Part shown: piece by piece, positions 33,373 to 42,427 of the stretch
Layout: each line of letters opens with the position of its first letter
Numbering within the stretch: the first letter of the stretch is position 1
IMG/VR virus record: IMGVR_UViG_3300030620_000006
Coordinates: 1-62,627 of that record
Strand: one strand, 5' to 3'
Origin: a virus
Taxonomy: Duplodnaviria; Caudoviricetes
Length of the DNA: 62,627 nucleotides
Notes under the pieces: model-generated
The model's database searches: none
What the model was told of the DNA's origin: nothing
What the model saw: only the letters and a program-made list of their open reading frames with translations
Made by a program: the position numbers and the translations under genes

Positions 33373-34437
33373 ATGAATCCCCGAGTGATGAACCTGCCCT
33401 CCGGTCGCGGCCTCCTGGTCGAGACCAAGGAACTGGCACTGCCGGCGGGCGACACCATCGCCAACTTCCAGTTCGGCATCGACGTGCCGGTGACGGAACT
33501 GATCGTCGGCCAGCCGCGGTTGGCCTCTCCCCTGGGGGCCGAGCTGTTCCGACCCGTCGGAGCACGGACGATCAGTTTCAAGTACCCGAAGTTCGGGCTC
33601 GAGCGCTTCGGCGTCAAGGACGCCAAGCGGCCGATGCGCTCGAAGTTCCAGGCGAGCGAGCTGCGCGCCGACGATGGCACCGGGAAGCTGGAGCGGTACG
33701 GCTGGACGGCGCTGCTCGACCGCGACGAACTGGACAACGCCGACGCTGCCGACTCCGCGCTGTCGCTCAACCTTCGCATCCGCGAGAAGCACCAGCGTCT
33801 CGCCCGCGACCTCGTCGACCTGTCCGTCGAGGCCGACCGTGCCACGGTGGCCCTCGCCGCGGGGTCCTACAGTCAGTCGAGCCCCGACCTCGACGTGACG
33901 ATCTCCGGCGGGTCGGAGTGGAACCACTCGACCGGCGGCGACAGCTTCGCATCGCTCTGGGCGGTGGCGGAGCTGCTGGCCGGGACCAACGGTGTCTCGG
34001 TCGCCGACCTCGACGTCTACCTGACGCACGTCAGCCTCAGGGCCGCGTTCCAGGATCCGGTGTTCCGCACCGCTCGCAACGTCGGCGGGGCGACCGAGGT
34101 GCCGTCGGTCGACGAGCTGCGACGCTACTGGGGCGTCCGGCGCGTGATCGTCGGCGACGGCTACAAGCAGGACTCCGCCGGCACCGGGATCGAGAGCCTC
34201 TACGGTGACGTGGCGATCATCCGCGTCTCGACCGCGCTCACCGGCTACGACCTCGACGCCGGCAACCTCGACAGCTTCTGCCGCTTCTACTGGCAGCAGT
34301 TCGGACCGGAAGGGCGAGCCATGCAGAACATCTGGATCGCGGAGCGGACCTCGTGGGCTTTCCCCTGGGAGCACTGGGAGCAGCCCCTGACCGTCAACAC
34401 CAAGGCCGCGGCGATCATCCGCAACACCCACACCTAG
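33373..34437 (+). CDS. Major capsid protein
   Basis: 354 aa; AELFRPV...YPKFG pattern, C-terminal AAAIIRN, and synteny. Confidence 0.8.
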   Translation: MNPRVMNLPSGRGLLVETKELALPAGDTIANFQFGIDVPVTELIVGQPRLASPLGAELFRPVGARTISFKYPKFGLERFGVKDAKRPMRSKFQASELRADDGTGKLERYGWTALLDRDELDNADAADSALSLNLRIREKHQRLARDLVDLSVEADRATVALAAGSYSQSSPDLDVTISGGSEWNHSTGGDSFASLWAVAELLAGTNGVSVADLDVYLTHVSLRAAFQDPVFRTARNVGGATEVPSVDELRRYWGVRRVIVGDGYKQDSAGTGIESLYGDVAIIRVSTALTGYDLDAGNLDSFCRFYWQQFGPEGRAMQNIWIAERTSWAFPWEHWEQPLTVNTKAAAIIRNTHT

Positions 34438-34446
34438 GGAGGAGCC

Positions 34447-34680
34447 GTGGCGAGTCTACTGACCATCACCAAGAAGGACGGCCGTTCGACCGTCACGCTG
34501 GAGAAGATGGGCGAGCCCGCAGTCGAGTTCGGGGCGGTCGCCCCCCCGGAAGACGATCTCGACGACCTCGACGAGGCGGCGCTCCGGGACCGCTACTTCG
34601 AGGTCCTCGGAGCCAAGGCGGGCAACCGCTCGACCGACACGATGCGCAAGGAAATCCGAGCCGTCGTTATCGAGGCCTAG
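34447..34680 (+). CDS. Small head-region protein
   Basis: GGAGG RBS; helix-extension-helix-like C-terminus. Confidence 0.6.
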   Translation: MASLLTITKKDGRSTVTLEKMGEPAVEFGAVAPPEDDLDDLDEAALRDRYFEVLGAKAGNRSTDTMRKEIRAVVIEA

Positions 34681-34683
34681 CCC

Positions 34684-35118
34684 GTGGCCGCCTACTCCAA
34701 CACCACCGACGCGATCCTCCGCTTCGCCGGCAACGACGAAGCGGAGGCGCTGTCGGCGTTGTCGGCGGGGGCGCACGACATCGACGCCGCGCTTCGGTCC
34801 GGCGGCTACTCGGCACCGGTCGACACGTCGGCCTTGACGAGCGAGGACGGGGTGCGGCTGGTGGCGAAGCTGCGGGACATCAACCTCGCCCTTGCAGCCG
34901 GCATCCTCTCCCGCGGACAGGGCACCCGCCGTGGCACTCCCGACAAGGTGAGGAAGGACTACAAGGATGCCCGCGACTGGCTCGACCGCGTGCGCGAGGG
35001 CAAGGAGCTGCTGACCGCCATGGTGCCCGTCAGCGGGTCGAGCGTGCTCGCCATCGCCGGCGACCACGAGTGGGGGCATACCGCCGACTACCTCGACCTC
35101 GCCACGGTGGTCGACTGA
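34684..35118 (+). CDS. Head-tail adaptor (Mu gp36/DUF1320-like)
   Basis: IDAALRSGGYSAPV...VRKDYKDARDWLDRVREGK. Confidence 0.8.
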   Translation: MAAYSNTTDAILRFAGNDEAEALSALSAGAHDIDAALRSGGYSAPVDTSALTSEDGVRLVAKLRDINLALAAGILSRGQGTRRGTPDKVRKDYKDARDWLDRVREGKELLTAMVPVSGSSVLAIAGDHEWGHTADYLDLATVVD

Positions 35119-35681
35119 TGACGGTCCGGCTCTTCGTCCGCACCTCGCAGCAGGCGCTGGCCCGCAACGCCTTCGCGTCGGGGCTGATCCCCCGCACGGC
35201 GGATATGGCGCCGGCGCTGCGGGAGGCGGTGGCGATCCGCCGCAAGTCGATCGCCGATGAGTTCCAGTCCGAATCGCACTTCCTTCCGTCTGGCGGGACG
35301 CAGCGGTGGCGGAAGACCAAGCCGTTCTTCACCACACCCGCCCCCGCCAAGACGCTCCAGCGCTCCGGCGCCCTCGCCCGCGCCTACCAGGGCGGGCCGG
35401 GCGGCTTCGAGCGCATCGGTCCGACCTCGGCGACCTTCGGCGTGAGCGGTAGCCGATTCCCGCACGCCTCGGTCCACCGGCAGGGGGCGAAAATCCGGAT
35501 CACCGGCGCGATGCGCGGCTACATGCTGGCGCAGCACGGCCGCACCTTCCGGGCGCGGAAGCGGACGATCAGGATCCCGCCACGTCCGCATGGTGGTCCG
35601 ACGCCCGAAACCCGGAGACTGATCAGCCAAGCGTTTCTTCGCTACCTCGCCACCGGAAGGGCGTCCGGGAGGGCGGCGTGA
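35118..35681 (+). CDS. Virion morphogenesis protein (Mu gpG-like)
   Basis: DMAPALR...F...W...TLQRSGALAR...ASVHRQG...IPPRP. Confidence 0.75.
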   Translation: MTVRLFVRTSQQALARNAFASGLIPRTADMAPALREAVAIRRKSIADEFQSESHFLPSGGTQRWRKTKPFFTTPAPAKTLQRSGALARAYQGGPGGFERIGPTSATFGVSGSRFPHASVHRQGAKIRITGAMRGYMLAQHGRTFRARKRTIRIPPRPHGGPTPETRRLISQAFLRYLATGRASGRAA

Positions 35682-36181
35682 GCACCTGGTCAGTCTTCAG
35701 TCGCTTCAGCCGCACGCGCGAGATCGCCGAGGGAGTGAAGGCTTTGCTCCTCGCCGATGTCGAACTGCGCGGGTGGACCGGCGAGCGGATCTACTACGGC
35801 ACGGCGGTGCCGGACGGGCCGCGCCCGGTGATCGTCGTGATGCTCAGCAGCGAGAGCGCCATCCAGCAGCCGTCAGCGTCGGAGTTGGAGGTCGAGGCCC
35901 GCGTGGCCGTGATCTTCGCCTTCGACGAGAGCCGGGACGTGATCGACGGCGAGCACGACTTCAGTTCCGTCTCCATGCGGTGCGACTCGGTCCTGTGGAG
36001 CAACCCAACCGTCACAGTCGAGGGGCGCGACCTGGCCCTGCGGCTGGCCCGCGCCGAAGACTTCGGCTACCGCGAGATCTACGAGGCGGAGGAGGACGGC
36101 GAGCTGGCCGGCACCCTCTACCCCGCCCGCGAGTACACCTATGTTTACCGGCGCGACGCCGCCACGGGGGTTCCGACGTGA
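35678..36181 (+). CDS. Probable tail terminator/completion protein
   Basis: Size, synteny and RIYYGTAVP...PVIVV. Confidence 0.55.
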   Translation: MSTWSVFSRFSRTREIAEGVKALLLADVELRGWTGERIYYGTAVPDGPRPVIVVMLSSESAIQQPSASELEVEARVAVIFAFDESRDVIDGEHDFSSVSMRCDSVLWSNPTVTVEGRDLALRLARAEDFGYREIYEAEEDGELAGTLYPAREYTYVYRRDAATGVPT

Positions 36182-36468
36182 GGCTCTACGCAGTTCGCAT
36201 GGACGCCGGCTACGCGGGCGCGGGCGCTCTGACCGTCGACCTGCCGCGGCGGGGGCGCAAGCAGTTCGTTAGGGGCGCCACCAAGCGCGACGATCCCGGC
36301 TACCCCTACGCCGAGTTCGAGGGGTCGGAGAAGGAGGCCCGCGGTATCCGTGACTCCGGCCTGTCGGTCGAGCCCATCGGGCGGTCCGCCCTCGCCGCCA
36401 GCCCGTTCGCCAACGCACCAGCCACGCCAGAGAAGGCGCGCGCGCCGCGCCGTAAGAGGAAGGGGTAA
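36178..36468 (+). CDS. Hypothetical protein
   Basis: GTGA coupling; basic C-terminus. Confidence 0.55.
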   Translation: MRLYAVRMDAGYAGAGALTVDLPRRGRKQFVRGATKRDDPGYPYAEFEGSEKEARGIRDSGLSVEPIGRSALAASPFANAPATPEKARAPRRKRKG

Positions 36469-36471
36469 CCG

Positions 36472-37788
36472 ATGGCCGGCAATCCCGCAGACAGTCGCTT
36501 CCGCGTCGCCTTCGGCACTCTGGCCGGCGGGCCGACCTCCGCATTCACCGGGTTCCGCCTCCGCTCGGAGACGCTGGGGTTCGAGGCCGCGACCATCGAG
36601 GACGACTCGATCCGCGGATCGAGCGGCCCGCCCGAACCGCTGGAGAGCAAGCTTGATGTCGGCGGCTCGACGCCGATCAACTGGTCGGCTGAGGAGCACC
36701 TCCGCTTCTGGGCGAACCTCCACGCTGCCGCGAACGTGGCCGTCGAGTCGACGACCGGCGTCTTCACGCAGCGCTTCGGCCGCAGCCAGTCGGGCGTGAC
36801 GTTCCCGACGCCGCTGCTGGTCGACGCCTACCGCGACGACGGGCGGCCGGAGCGGTACTCGAACATCCAGGTCCAGTCCTACAGCTTCACCAACTCTCCG
36901 CGAGCGATCGAAAACGGCGAGGTGGCGCTCCTGGGTAGCCGCTTCGACATCTTCGACGATGCCGAGGAAGTGGCGGTGACCGCCGCGCCGAGCGCGCCGG
37001 TGTTGCGCGGCATCCCAAAGTTCAGCCACCTCGGCAGTGCCGACGGCAACGTCTTCTTCAAGGTCACCACCGGCCCGAGCGGCGGCGCTGTCGGCATCAG
37101 CCTGAAGGTCGGCGCCGCGGCGTCGTACAGCTTCGAGATCACGGGCGTGACGGCCGCCGCCTGGTTCGACGCGCTCGACCAGGCGGGCGCCCACATCGGC
37201 GATGAGGGGCTGCCGGTCCAGTTCTACCTGCCGGACGTGACGCTGACCCTCAACGATGAGTGGCGCTTCGATCGCGAGCGGGCCGCGTGGTCGCAGGTGC
37301 TGCCGGCGGCGGCGGTCTTCAATGAGATCGCCACGGCGGTGTTCATGGACGGCGCCAGCCACAGGCTCAACGAGTACTCGGTCACCGTCGCTAAGCCGTG
37401 GACTGTGGACGAGGTGATCGGCGGTCGGTTCATGGACGACCTCCTCCTCCGCGGCGACTGGCCGACGGTCGAGGGGACGATCAATCGCAACAACCTCGGC
37501 ACCCGAGATCTGCGGGACCGGCTGCTGCGCGCCGAGCCGTTCGCCCTCATCGTCGACCGCTACAGCTCGACGATCGAGGGCACGACCAGCCGGCGGCGCT
37601 GGCGGTCGATCATGCCGCGGTGCATCCCCGGTGGGCGGTCGGCGTCGATCCCCGATCGGCTGACGTTCCCGGAGGCGCTGAACTTCACTGCTCACGCCAG
37701 CGCCGACGTCACCTACCCGGATCCGATCACCGAGGAGCTGACCACCTCGACCGAGGACATCACGGCCCCCGCGGTGGTCGCGACCTAG
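36472..37788 (+). CDS. Tail tube protein
   Basis: FRLRSETL...IEDDSIRG...VGG N-terminus typical of tube proteins; precedes the tape measure gene. Confidence 0.7.
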   Translation: MAGNPADSRFRVAFGTLAGGPTSAFTGFRLRSETLGFEAATIEDDSIRGSSGPPEPLESKLDVGGSTPINWSAEEHLRFWANLHAAANVAVESTTGVFTQRFGRSQSGVTFPTPLLVDAYRDDGRPERYSNIQVQSYSFTNSPRAIENGEVALLGSRFDIFDDAEEVAVTAAPSAPVLRGIPKFSHLGSADGNVFFKVTTGPSGGAVGISLKVGAAASYSFEITGVTAAAWFDALDQAGAHIGDEGLPVQFYLPDVTLTLNDEWRFDRERAAWSQVLPAAAVFNEIATAVFMDGASHRLNEYSVTVAKPWTVDEVIGGRFMDDLLLRGDWPTVEGTINRNNLGTRDLRDRLLRAEPFALIVDRYSSTIEGTTSRRRWRSIMPRCIPGGRSASIPDRLTFPEALNFTAHASADVTYPDPITEELTTSTEDITAPAVVAT

Positions 37789-37804
37789 CTAGGGGTTGTC
37801 GCCG

Positions 37805-40800
37805 ATGGCGGCCGGCGACGACATTGCCCTCCGGATCCTCGCCGATGTTTCCGACGCCCGTCGGAACATCGAGTTCCTGCGCGTCGCGTTCCTCAACGCT
37901 GTGCGCCTCATGGAGGAGGCGGCGCGGCGACCGGACTTCGACCCAGCGAGCGAAGAGGCGCGCCGGCTTGCGCAGACGGTCCAAGCGCTAGGCGTCGAGT
38001 TCAAGAAGGCTTTCGATGTTGCCCAGAAGGAGACGCTGGGGACCGGCAAGGCTCTCCAGTCGGCGCGAGCCGAAGTAACCCGCGTCGACCAGGCGCTCGA
38101 GAAGCTCAACAAGACCGGCGGCGGTCTCCGCGGGCTGACCGGCCCCCTCCGCCAAATCCGCAACGGCCTCGTTTCCATTGGGGCGGCACTCGGCGTCGCC
38201 TTCGGTGGCCGCCAGATCATCGAGTTCATCAAGTCGTCGATCCAGGCCCGCGTCGAACTCCAGGCCCTCCGTGCCCAGCTTGATGGCGCCGCCGGCTCGA
38301 CCGAGGCCGGGGGAAGGGCGTACGACTTCGCGCGTCGCAAGGCGCTGGAGCTTGGGTTCGCGATTCAGGATGTTGTCGGGTCGCAAGCGCGCTTCGAGGC
38401 GGCGACCCGTCAAACGAATCTGACGCTCACTCAGCGGCGCGAGATCTTCGAGTCGGTGATCGACGCCGGCCGCGTCCTCCAGCTCAGCCAACAGCGGGTC
38501 AACAACGCCTTCCTCGCCCTGGAGCAGATTGCCTCCAAGGGTCGGGTTTCGATGGAGGAGCTGCGCCGTCAGCTCGGCGACCAGATCCCCGGCGCCCTCC
38601 CCATCCTCGCCAAGCAGTTGGGTATCACCACCGGCGAGCTGATCAAGATGGTCGAGGCCGGCCAGCTCATGGCCGACGAAGCCCTGCCGGCGCTGGCGAA
38701 GGGTCTACGCGAGACGTTTGGCCCCGGGCTCGCGAAGGCGATCGAGACCGATGCCGCCGCCCTGGGTCGTCTGCAAGTCGCCGCCTTCGAGGCCAGGGCC
38801 GCGTTCGCTGAGGGATTCGGCGAGCAGTTCCGCGGCGCAATCGACACGCTGACCACCTTCATTAACGAGAACAGGGAGAGCTGGGAGAGCCTCGGCGAAG
38901 GCATCGGGTCCATTTCGCAGATCGTCAGCGACGTGACCTCCGCGTTCTCTCCCCTGGGTGCCGTACTCGACGGGCTCGGGGTTGAGACCGCGACCGTTGC
39001 CGATGGCTTGGAGCTGCTGGCCAAGGGGGTCAAGGCAATCACCTCGCCGATCAAACTCGCCACGCAGGCGGCGAACGATCAGGCCCGGGCCATGGGCTTG
39101 CTCCCCGAGAAGGCGCGCTCCATCGAGGATTCGCTCAAGGACATGCGGCCCGCCGTCGAGCTGATCACCGCCAAGCAGCGCGAGCAGGCCGAGCAGGAGA
39201 AGGTCAACGCCGAGATCGCGGCGCGCCGAGTGCGTCAGATCTACGGGAAACAGATCCCGGCGCTGGTCGAGCTGGCTAAGGCCGAGGTCGATACGGCGGA
39301 AGTGATCAGGAAGGCGAAGGAGGGGGATGAGGATGCGAAGAGGGCTTTAGAAGAGATCATCAAAAAGTACATGGAGAGGACGGTGGCGGGCAGGGCTGCG
39401 GCCAAGGCTTTGTCTGAGGAAGGGATCGCTGCCGGAGAGGTGAAAACCGCTCACGAGCAGGTGACAGAGGCCCTGGGAAGGTCGGCAAAGGCGCAAGAGG
39501 AGTTCAATCAGAAGCTTTTCGAGGCGCGTGGAAACCTATTCAAGAGCCGGGAGGAATTGGACAAGCTGGCCGGCCAGATCATCACCGCGATCGACGCTCT
39601 GGCGCGCTTCGGCGGGGCGAATGTCGAGCAGACCGACAAGGCGTTGGACTTCGCGCTGAAGGTTGCGGCCGGCTACCGTGAAATGGGCGAGGCGCTACCC
39701 GACGACCTGGTCGAGCGCATCGACCGGCTGGCGGAGTCGAGCGTGAGCGGCGCCGAGAAGGTCGTCAAGGCGCTGAAGGAGGAGGCGCAAGCCTACGCCG
39801 CCCTGGGTGAGGCGATTCCGCAAGATCTGATCGACCGCATCGCCCACCTGGAAGAGGTCACCAACGATCACACCCGCGCGATGGCGCTGTCCGTCATCGG
39901 CATGGGGGAGTACCGCAAGGAGCTTCTCGGCTCGCGGGAAGAAGCCGAGGTCGCCGCGGCCCAGCTCGCCAAGCTCGTCGAAGGCTTCGGGTTGCTCGGG
40001 CCGGTGACCCAGGAACAGGCCGAGGTCATCAAATCCGAGGTTCAGGATCTGCTAGACGCCTTCGCCGAGATCGGCGAGCAGCCCCCCGCCCACCTCCAGC
40101 TCCTCGCCGACGCCATGGGGGTCACGACCACCCGCATTGCCGAGGAGGTCGAGAAGCAGCAGAAGCTCCTCGGCGATCTGCTCAAGGCGTACGAAGCGAT
40201 CAAGACGGCCGCCCCCGGCGGCGAGGCGGCGAAAGATCTGGCCACCCAGCGCAAGGAGCTGGAAGCTCTCCGCGCCAAGCAAGACGAGCAGGGCACGCTC
40301 ACGCTCGAGGAGGTCGAGCGGATCGGCCAATTGGAGGCGTCGGTCGACCGCCTTTCCCACGAGGTCGAGGGGCTGGGCACCGCCTACGACCAGATGGGCG
40401 ACCAGGCGGTGGCCTCGGCCGACCAGGTCAAGGCCGCCATCAACGGCCTGATCCGCGGCAACGCCGAGGCGTTCGCCACCCTGCCGCTGGCGACTCAGGA
40501 GGCGGTCGACCTGATCCTCGACGGCCTGCGGCGCTCGGCTGAGGAGGGGACGGCGACCGAGGAGGTGATCACCGACGCTTTCCTCAAGATCTCCGACCGC
40601 ATGGAGGAGGGCGGGGTGGACGTCGGCGCGTTCCAAGAGCAGCTCGGTCTGGCTGGCGATGAGGCCCTGACCGTCGCCGATGCCGTGGACGCGCTGGGCC
40701 GGGGGACCGAGGGGGCAGCGTCGGCCATGGGCGACCTCGGCGACGCCACGGAAAAGGCCAAGGACAAGCAGGAGGAGCAGATCGAGGCGGTCGAGAAGCT

Positions 40801-40945
40801 CAAGGCAGCGCACGAGGACCTGGGCAAGACGATGGAGTCCACCTATGCCGCCATGAAGCAGCACCTACGGGAGGCCGTTGCCTTGCAGGCGCAGCTTGTG
40901 ACTGGTTGCGCCGACCTCAAGGCCTGCATGGCGGGAACGGAGTAG
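37805..40945 (+). CDS. Tape measure protein
   Basis: ALEQIASKGRVSMEELRRQLGDQIPGA tape-measure domain; ~1046 aa helical protein. Confidence 0.93.
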   Translation: MAAGDDIALRILADVSDARRNIEFLRVAFLNAVRLMEEAARRPDFDPASEEARRLAQTVQALGVEFKKAFDVAQKETLGTGKALQSARAEVTRVDQALEKLNKTGGGLRGLTGPLRQIRNGLVSIGAALGVAFGGRQIIEFIKSSIQARVELQALRAQLDGAAGSTEAGGRAYDFARRKALELGFAIQDVVGSQARFEAATRQTNLTLTQRREIFESVIDAGRVLQLSQQRVNNAFLALEQIASKGRVSMEELRRQLGDQIPGALPILAKQLGITTGELIKMVEAGQLMADEALPALAKGLRETFGPGLAKAIETDAAALGRLQVAAFEARAAFAEGFGEQFRGAIDTLTTFINENRESWESLGEGIGSISQIVSDVTSAFSPLGAVLDGLGVETATVADGLELLAKGVKAITSPIKLATQAANDQARAMGLLPEKARSIEDSLKDMRPAVELITAKQREQAEQEKVNAEIAARRVRQIYGKQIPALVELAKAEVDTAEVIRKAKEGDEDAKRALEEIIKKYMERTVAGRAAAKALSEEGIAAGEVKTAHEQVTEALGRSAKAQEEFNQKLFEARGNLFKSREELDKLAGQIITAIDALARFGGANVEQTDKALDFALKVAAGYREMGEALPDDLVERIDRLAESSVSGAEKVVKALKEEAQAYAALGEAIPQDLIDRIAHLEEVTNDHTRAMALSVIGMGEYRKELLGSREEAEVAAAQLAKLVEGFGLLGPVTQEQAEVIKSEVQDLLDAFAEIGEQPPAHLQLLADAMGVTTTRIAEEVEKQQKLLGDLLKAYEAIKTAAPGGEAAKDLATQRKELEALRAKQDEQGTLTLEEVERIGQLEASVDRLSHEVEGLGTAYDQMGDQAVASADQVKAAINGLIRGNAEAFATLPLATQEAVDLILDGLRRSAEEGTATEEVITDAFLKISDRMEEGGVDVGAFQEQLGLAGDEALTVADAVDALGRGTEGAASAMGDLGDATEKAKDKQEEQIEAVEKLKAAHEDLGKTMESTYAAMKQHLREAVALQAQLVTGCADLKACMAGTE

Positions 40946-40947
40946 CG

Positions 40948-41229
40948 GTGGCCGAATCGCTCGACGCCCCCTTCGCCGCCCTGGTGGTCGAACTGCGTGC
41001 CGCGCTGGTTGCGCAGCGTCGACAGATCGTGGCGTGCAAGCGGCTCAAGAGGACGGCCCGCCCCGTCGGCAAGTCGCCGGGCGTGCTGTACTTCTACCCC
41101 TCGATCTTCAACGGTACGATTGGCTCGGGCTTGCTGTTCGAGCACCCCTCCGGGCGCGAGGGTGGGTTCGGCGGTGGCCCGAACACACCGGTGGGCTACG
41201 ACCTCACCGGGCGACCGATCTACAAGTAG
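40948..41229 (+). CDS. Hypothetical tail-region protein
   Basis: GTG start just after the tape measure stop. Confidence 0.5.
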   Translation: MAESLDAPFAALVVELRAALVAQRRQIVACKRLKRTARPVGKSPGVLYFYPSIFNGTIGSGLLFEHPSGREGGFGGGPNTPVGYDLTGRPIYK

Positions 41230-41237
41230 GAGGCGAA

Positions 41238-41708
41238 ATGGCTGAGGGGTCGGTTGGCTTGATGCGGCGGCTACGGGAGGAAGCCGAGGGGGCGGCGGCG
41301 GGGCTCGAGGCCGCGGTCAGCCAGGCTTCGCGCTTCCGCGGCGAGATCGGGCAGACGCTAGCCTTGGTCTCGAGCGGCGGCGGCGGGGCCGGCGGCTCCG
41401 GCCGGGTGGTTGTTGGTGCGACGCCCGAGCAGGTGGCTGCGGGGGATGTACTGCCGAGCCGCAGCAGCGGCGGTGGCGGCGGATCGGGCGGCGGTGGTAG
41501 CTCGCGCGACATCGCCGGCCCCCTCGACGCCCGGCTGCGCGGCCTACAGGCCGTTCAGGAGCGGGTGTTCTCGGCGCCCACTGCCGGCGACGTACTGGTG
41601 GCCTCCGCCGCGGCGCGCATCGAGGCGGCAGTGGACCGGCTCGCCCGGCAGGCCGCCCGCCAGAGCGGTGACGGCGGGGTGTTCGCCGCTGCGGGGAGGG
41701 AGCTGTGA
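41238..41708 (+). CDS. Gly-rich hypothetical tail-region protein
   Basis: AGGAGG RBS. Confidence 0.6.
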   Translation: MAEGSVGLMRRLREEAEGAAAGLEAAVSQASRFRGEIGQTLALVSSGGGGAGGSGRVVVGATPEQVAAGDVLPSRSSGGGGGSGGGGSSRDIAGPLDARLRGLQAVQERVFSAPTAGDVLVASAAARIEAAVDRLARQAARQSGDGGVFAAAGREL

Positions 41709-42427
41709 CGAAGCCCGGCCCGCTCCACTGGGCGCCGCGCCCGCACTACCGGTCTGGACTGTTCTTGGGGGGCTACCGCTTCGATGCCGACCGGCCGCTC
41801 GACCACGACCGGCCGGAGGGGTTCGCTACGGCGGAGAACCTTGCCCGGACCTGGTGCTCGCAGAGTCGGTGGGTGGGAGCCGACCAGCCACTCGACATCG
41901 CGCCGTGGTCGGGGTCCATCAAGATCAACGCGAAGTGGGAGGAGGAGGCTCAGGCCATTGGCGACGCCTTGTCCGTCGGTGAGCCGCAGCGGGTGTTCTT
42001 CGGCCGTTGGCAGACCGACTACTGGGCGGTCGAGGGGGCCGCCGGCGCGCAAACGGAGTGGCGGACGTCGCGGGGACTGCCCTACGACCTGCCGGCGCCG
42101 CTGGGGGCCGCGGACTGGGCGGCGTACGTGCCACAGGTGAAGCTGATCGACACAGCCGGCGTGGCGGTCGAGCAGACCGTCATCACGGCCGGCACGCCCG
42201 GAGCCGGCGAGGTGCTGGTGCCGGATACCGGCGGCGGGACGTACGAGACGATCCAGACGCCGGCAGTATCCACCCTCACGGGCATGCGGTGGCTGGCGCT
42301 CTACTACCCGGCGGTGCTGCACTGCGTGGTCGTCGAGAAGGCTAGCTACCCGGTCGCCAACGGCCTGGAATGGGTGCTGGGGTTCCGGGAGCTGCCGGCG
42401 GGGGTGTACGAGGGGGCTGCGGCTTGA
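41705..42427 (+). CDS. Probable distal tail protein
   Basis: Synteny and coupling only. Confidence 0.5.
   Translation: MTKPGPLHWAPRPHYRSGLFLGGYRFDADRPLDHDRPEGFATAENLARTWCSQSRWVGADQPLDIAPWSGSIKINAKWEEEAQAIGDALSVGEPQRVFFGRWQTDYWAVEGAAGAQTEWRTSRGLPYDLPAPLGAADWAAYVPQVKLIDTAGVAVEQTVITAGTPGAGEVLVPDTGGGTYETIQTPAVSTLTGMRWLALYYPAVLHCVVVEKASYPVANGLEWVLGFRELPAGVYEGAAA

Noticed and set aside
28219-35681. Mu-like transposable phage
   Set aside because: The head genes are Mu-like, but there is no DDE transposase or MuB; the phage has an initiator, DnaB and a serine recombinase instead
28006-37695. Long antisense ORFs over structural genes (28006-29586, 31525-32805, 32926-34431, 36145-37695)
   Set aside because: Shadow frames typical of high-GC coding DNA, with no recognisable motifs
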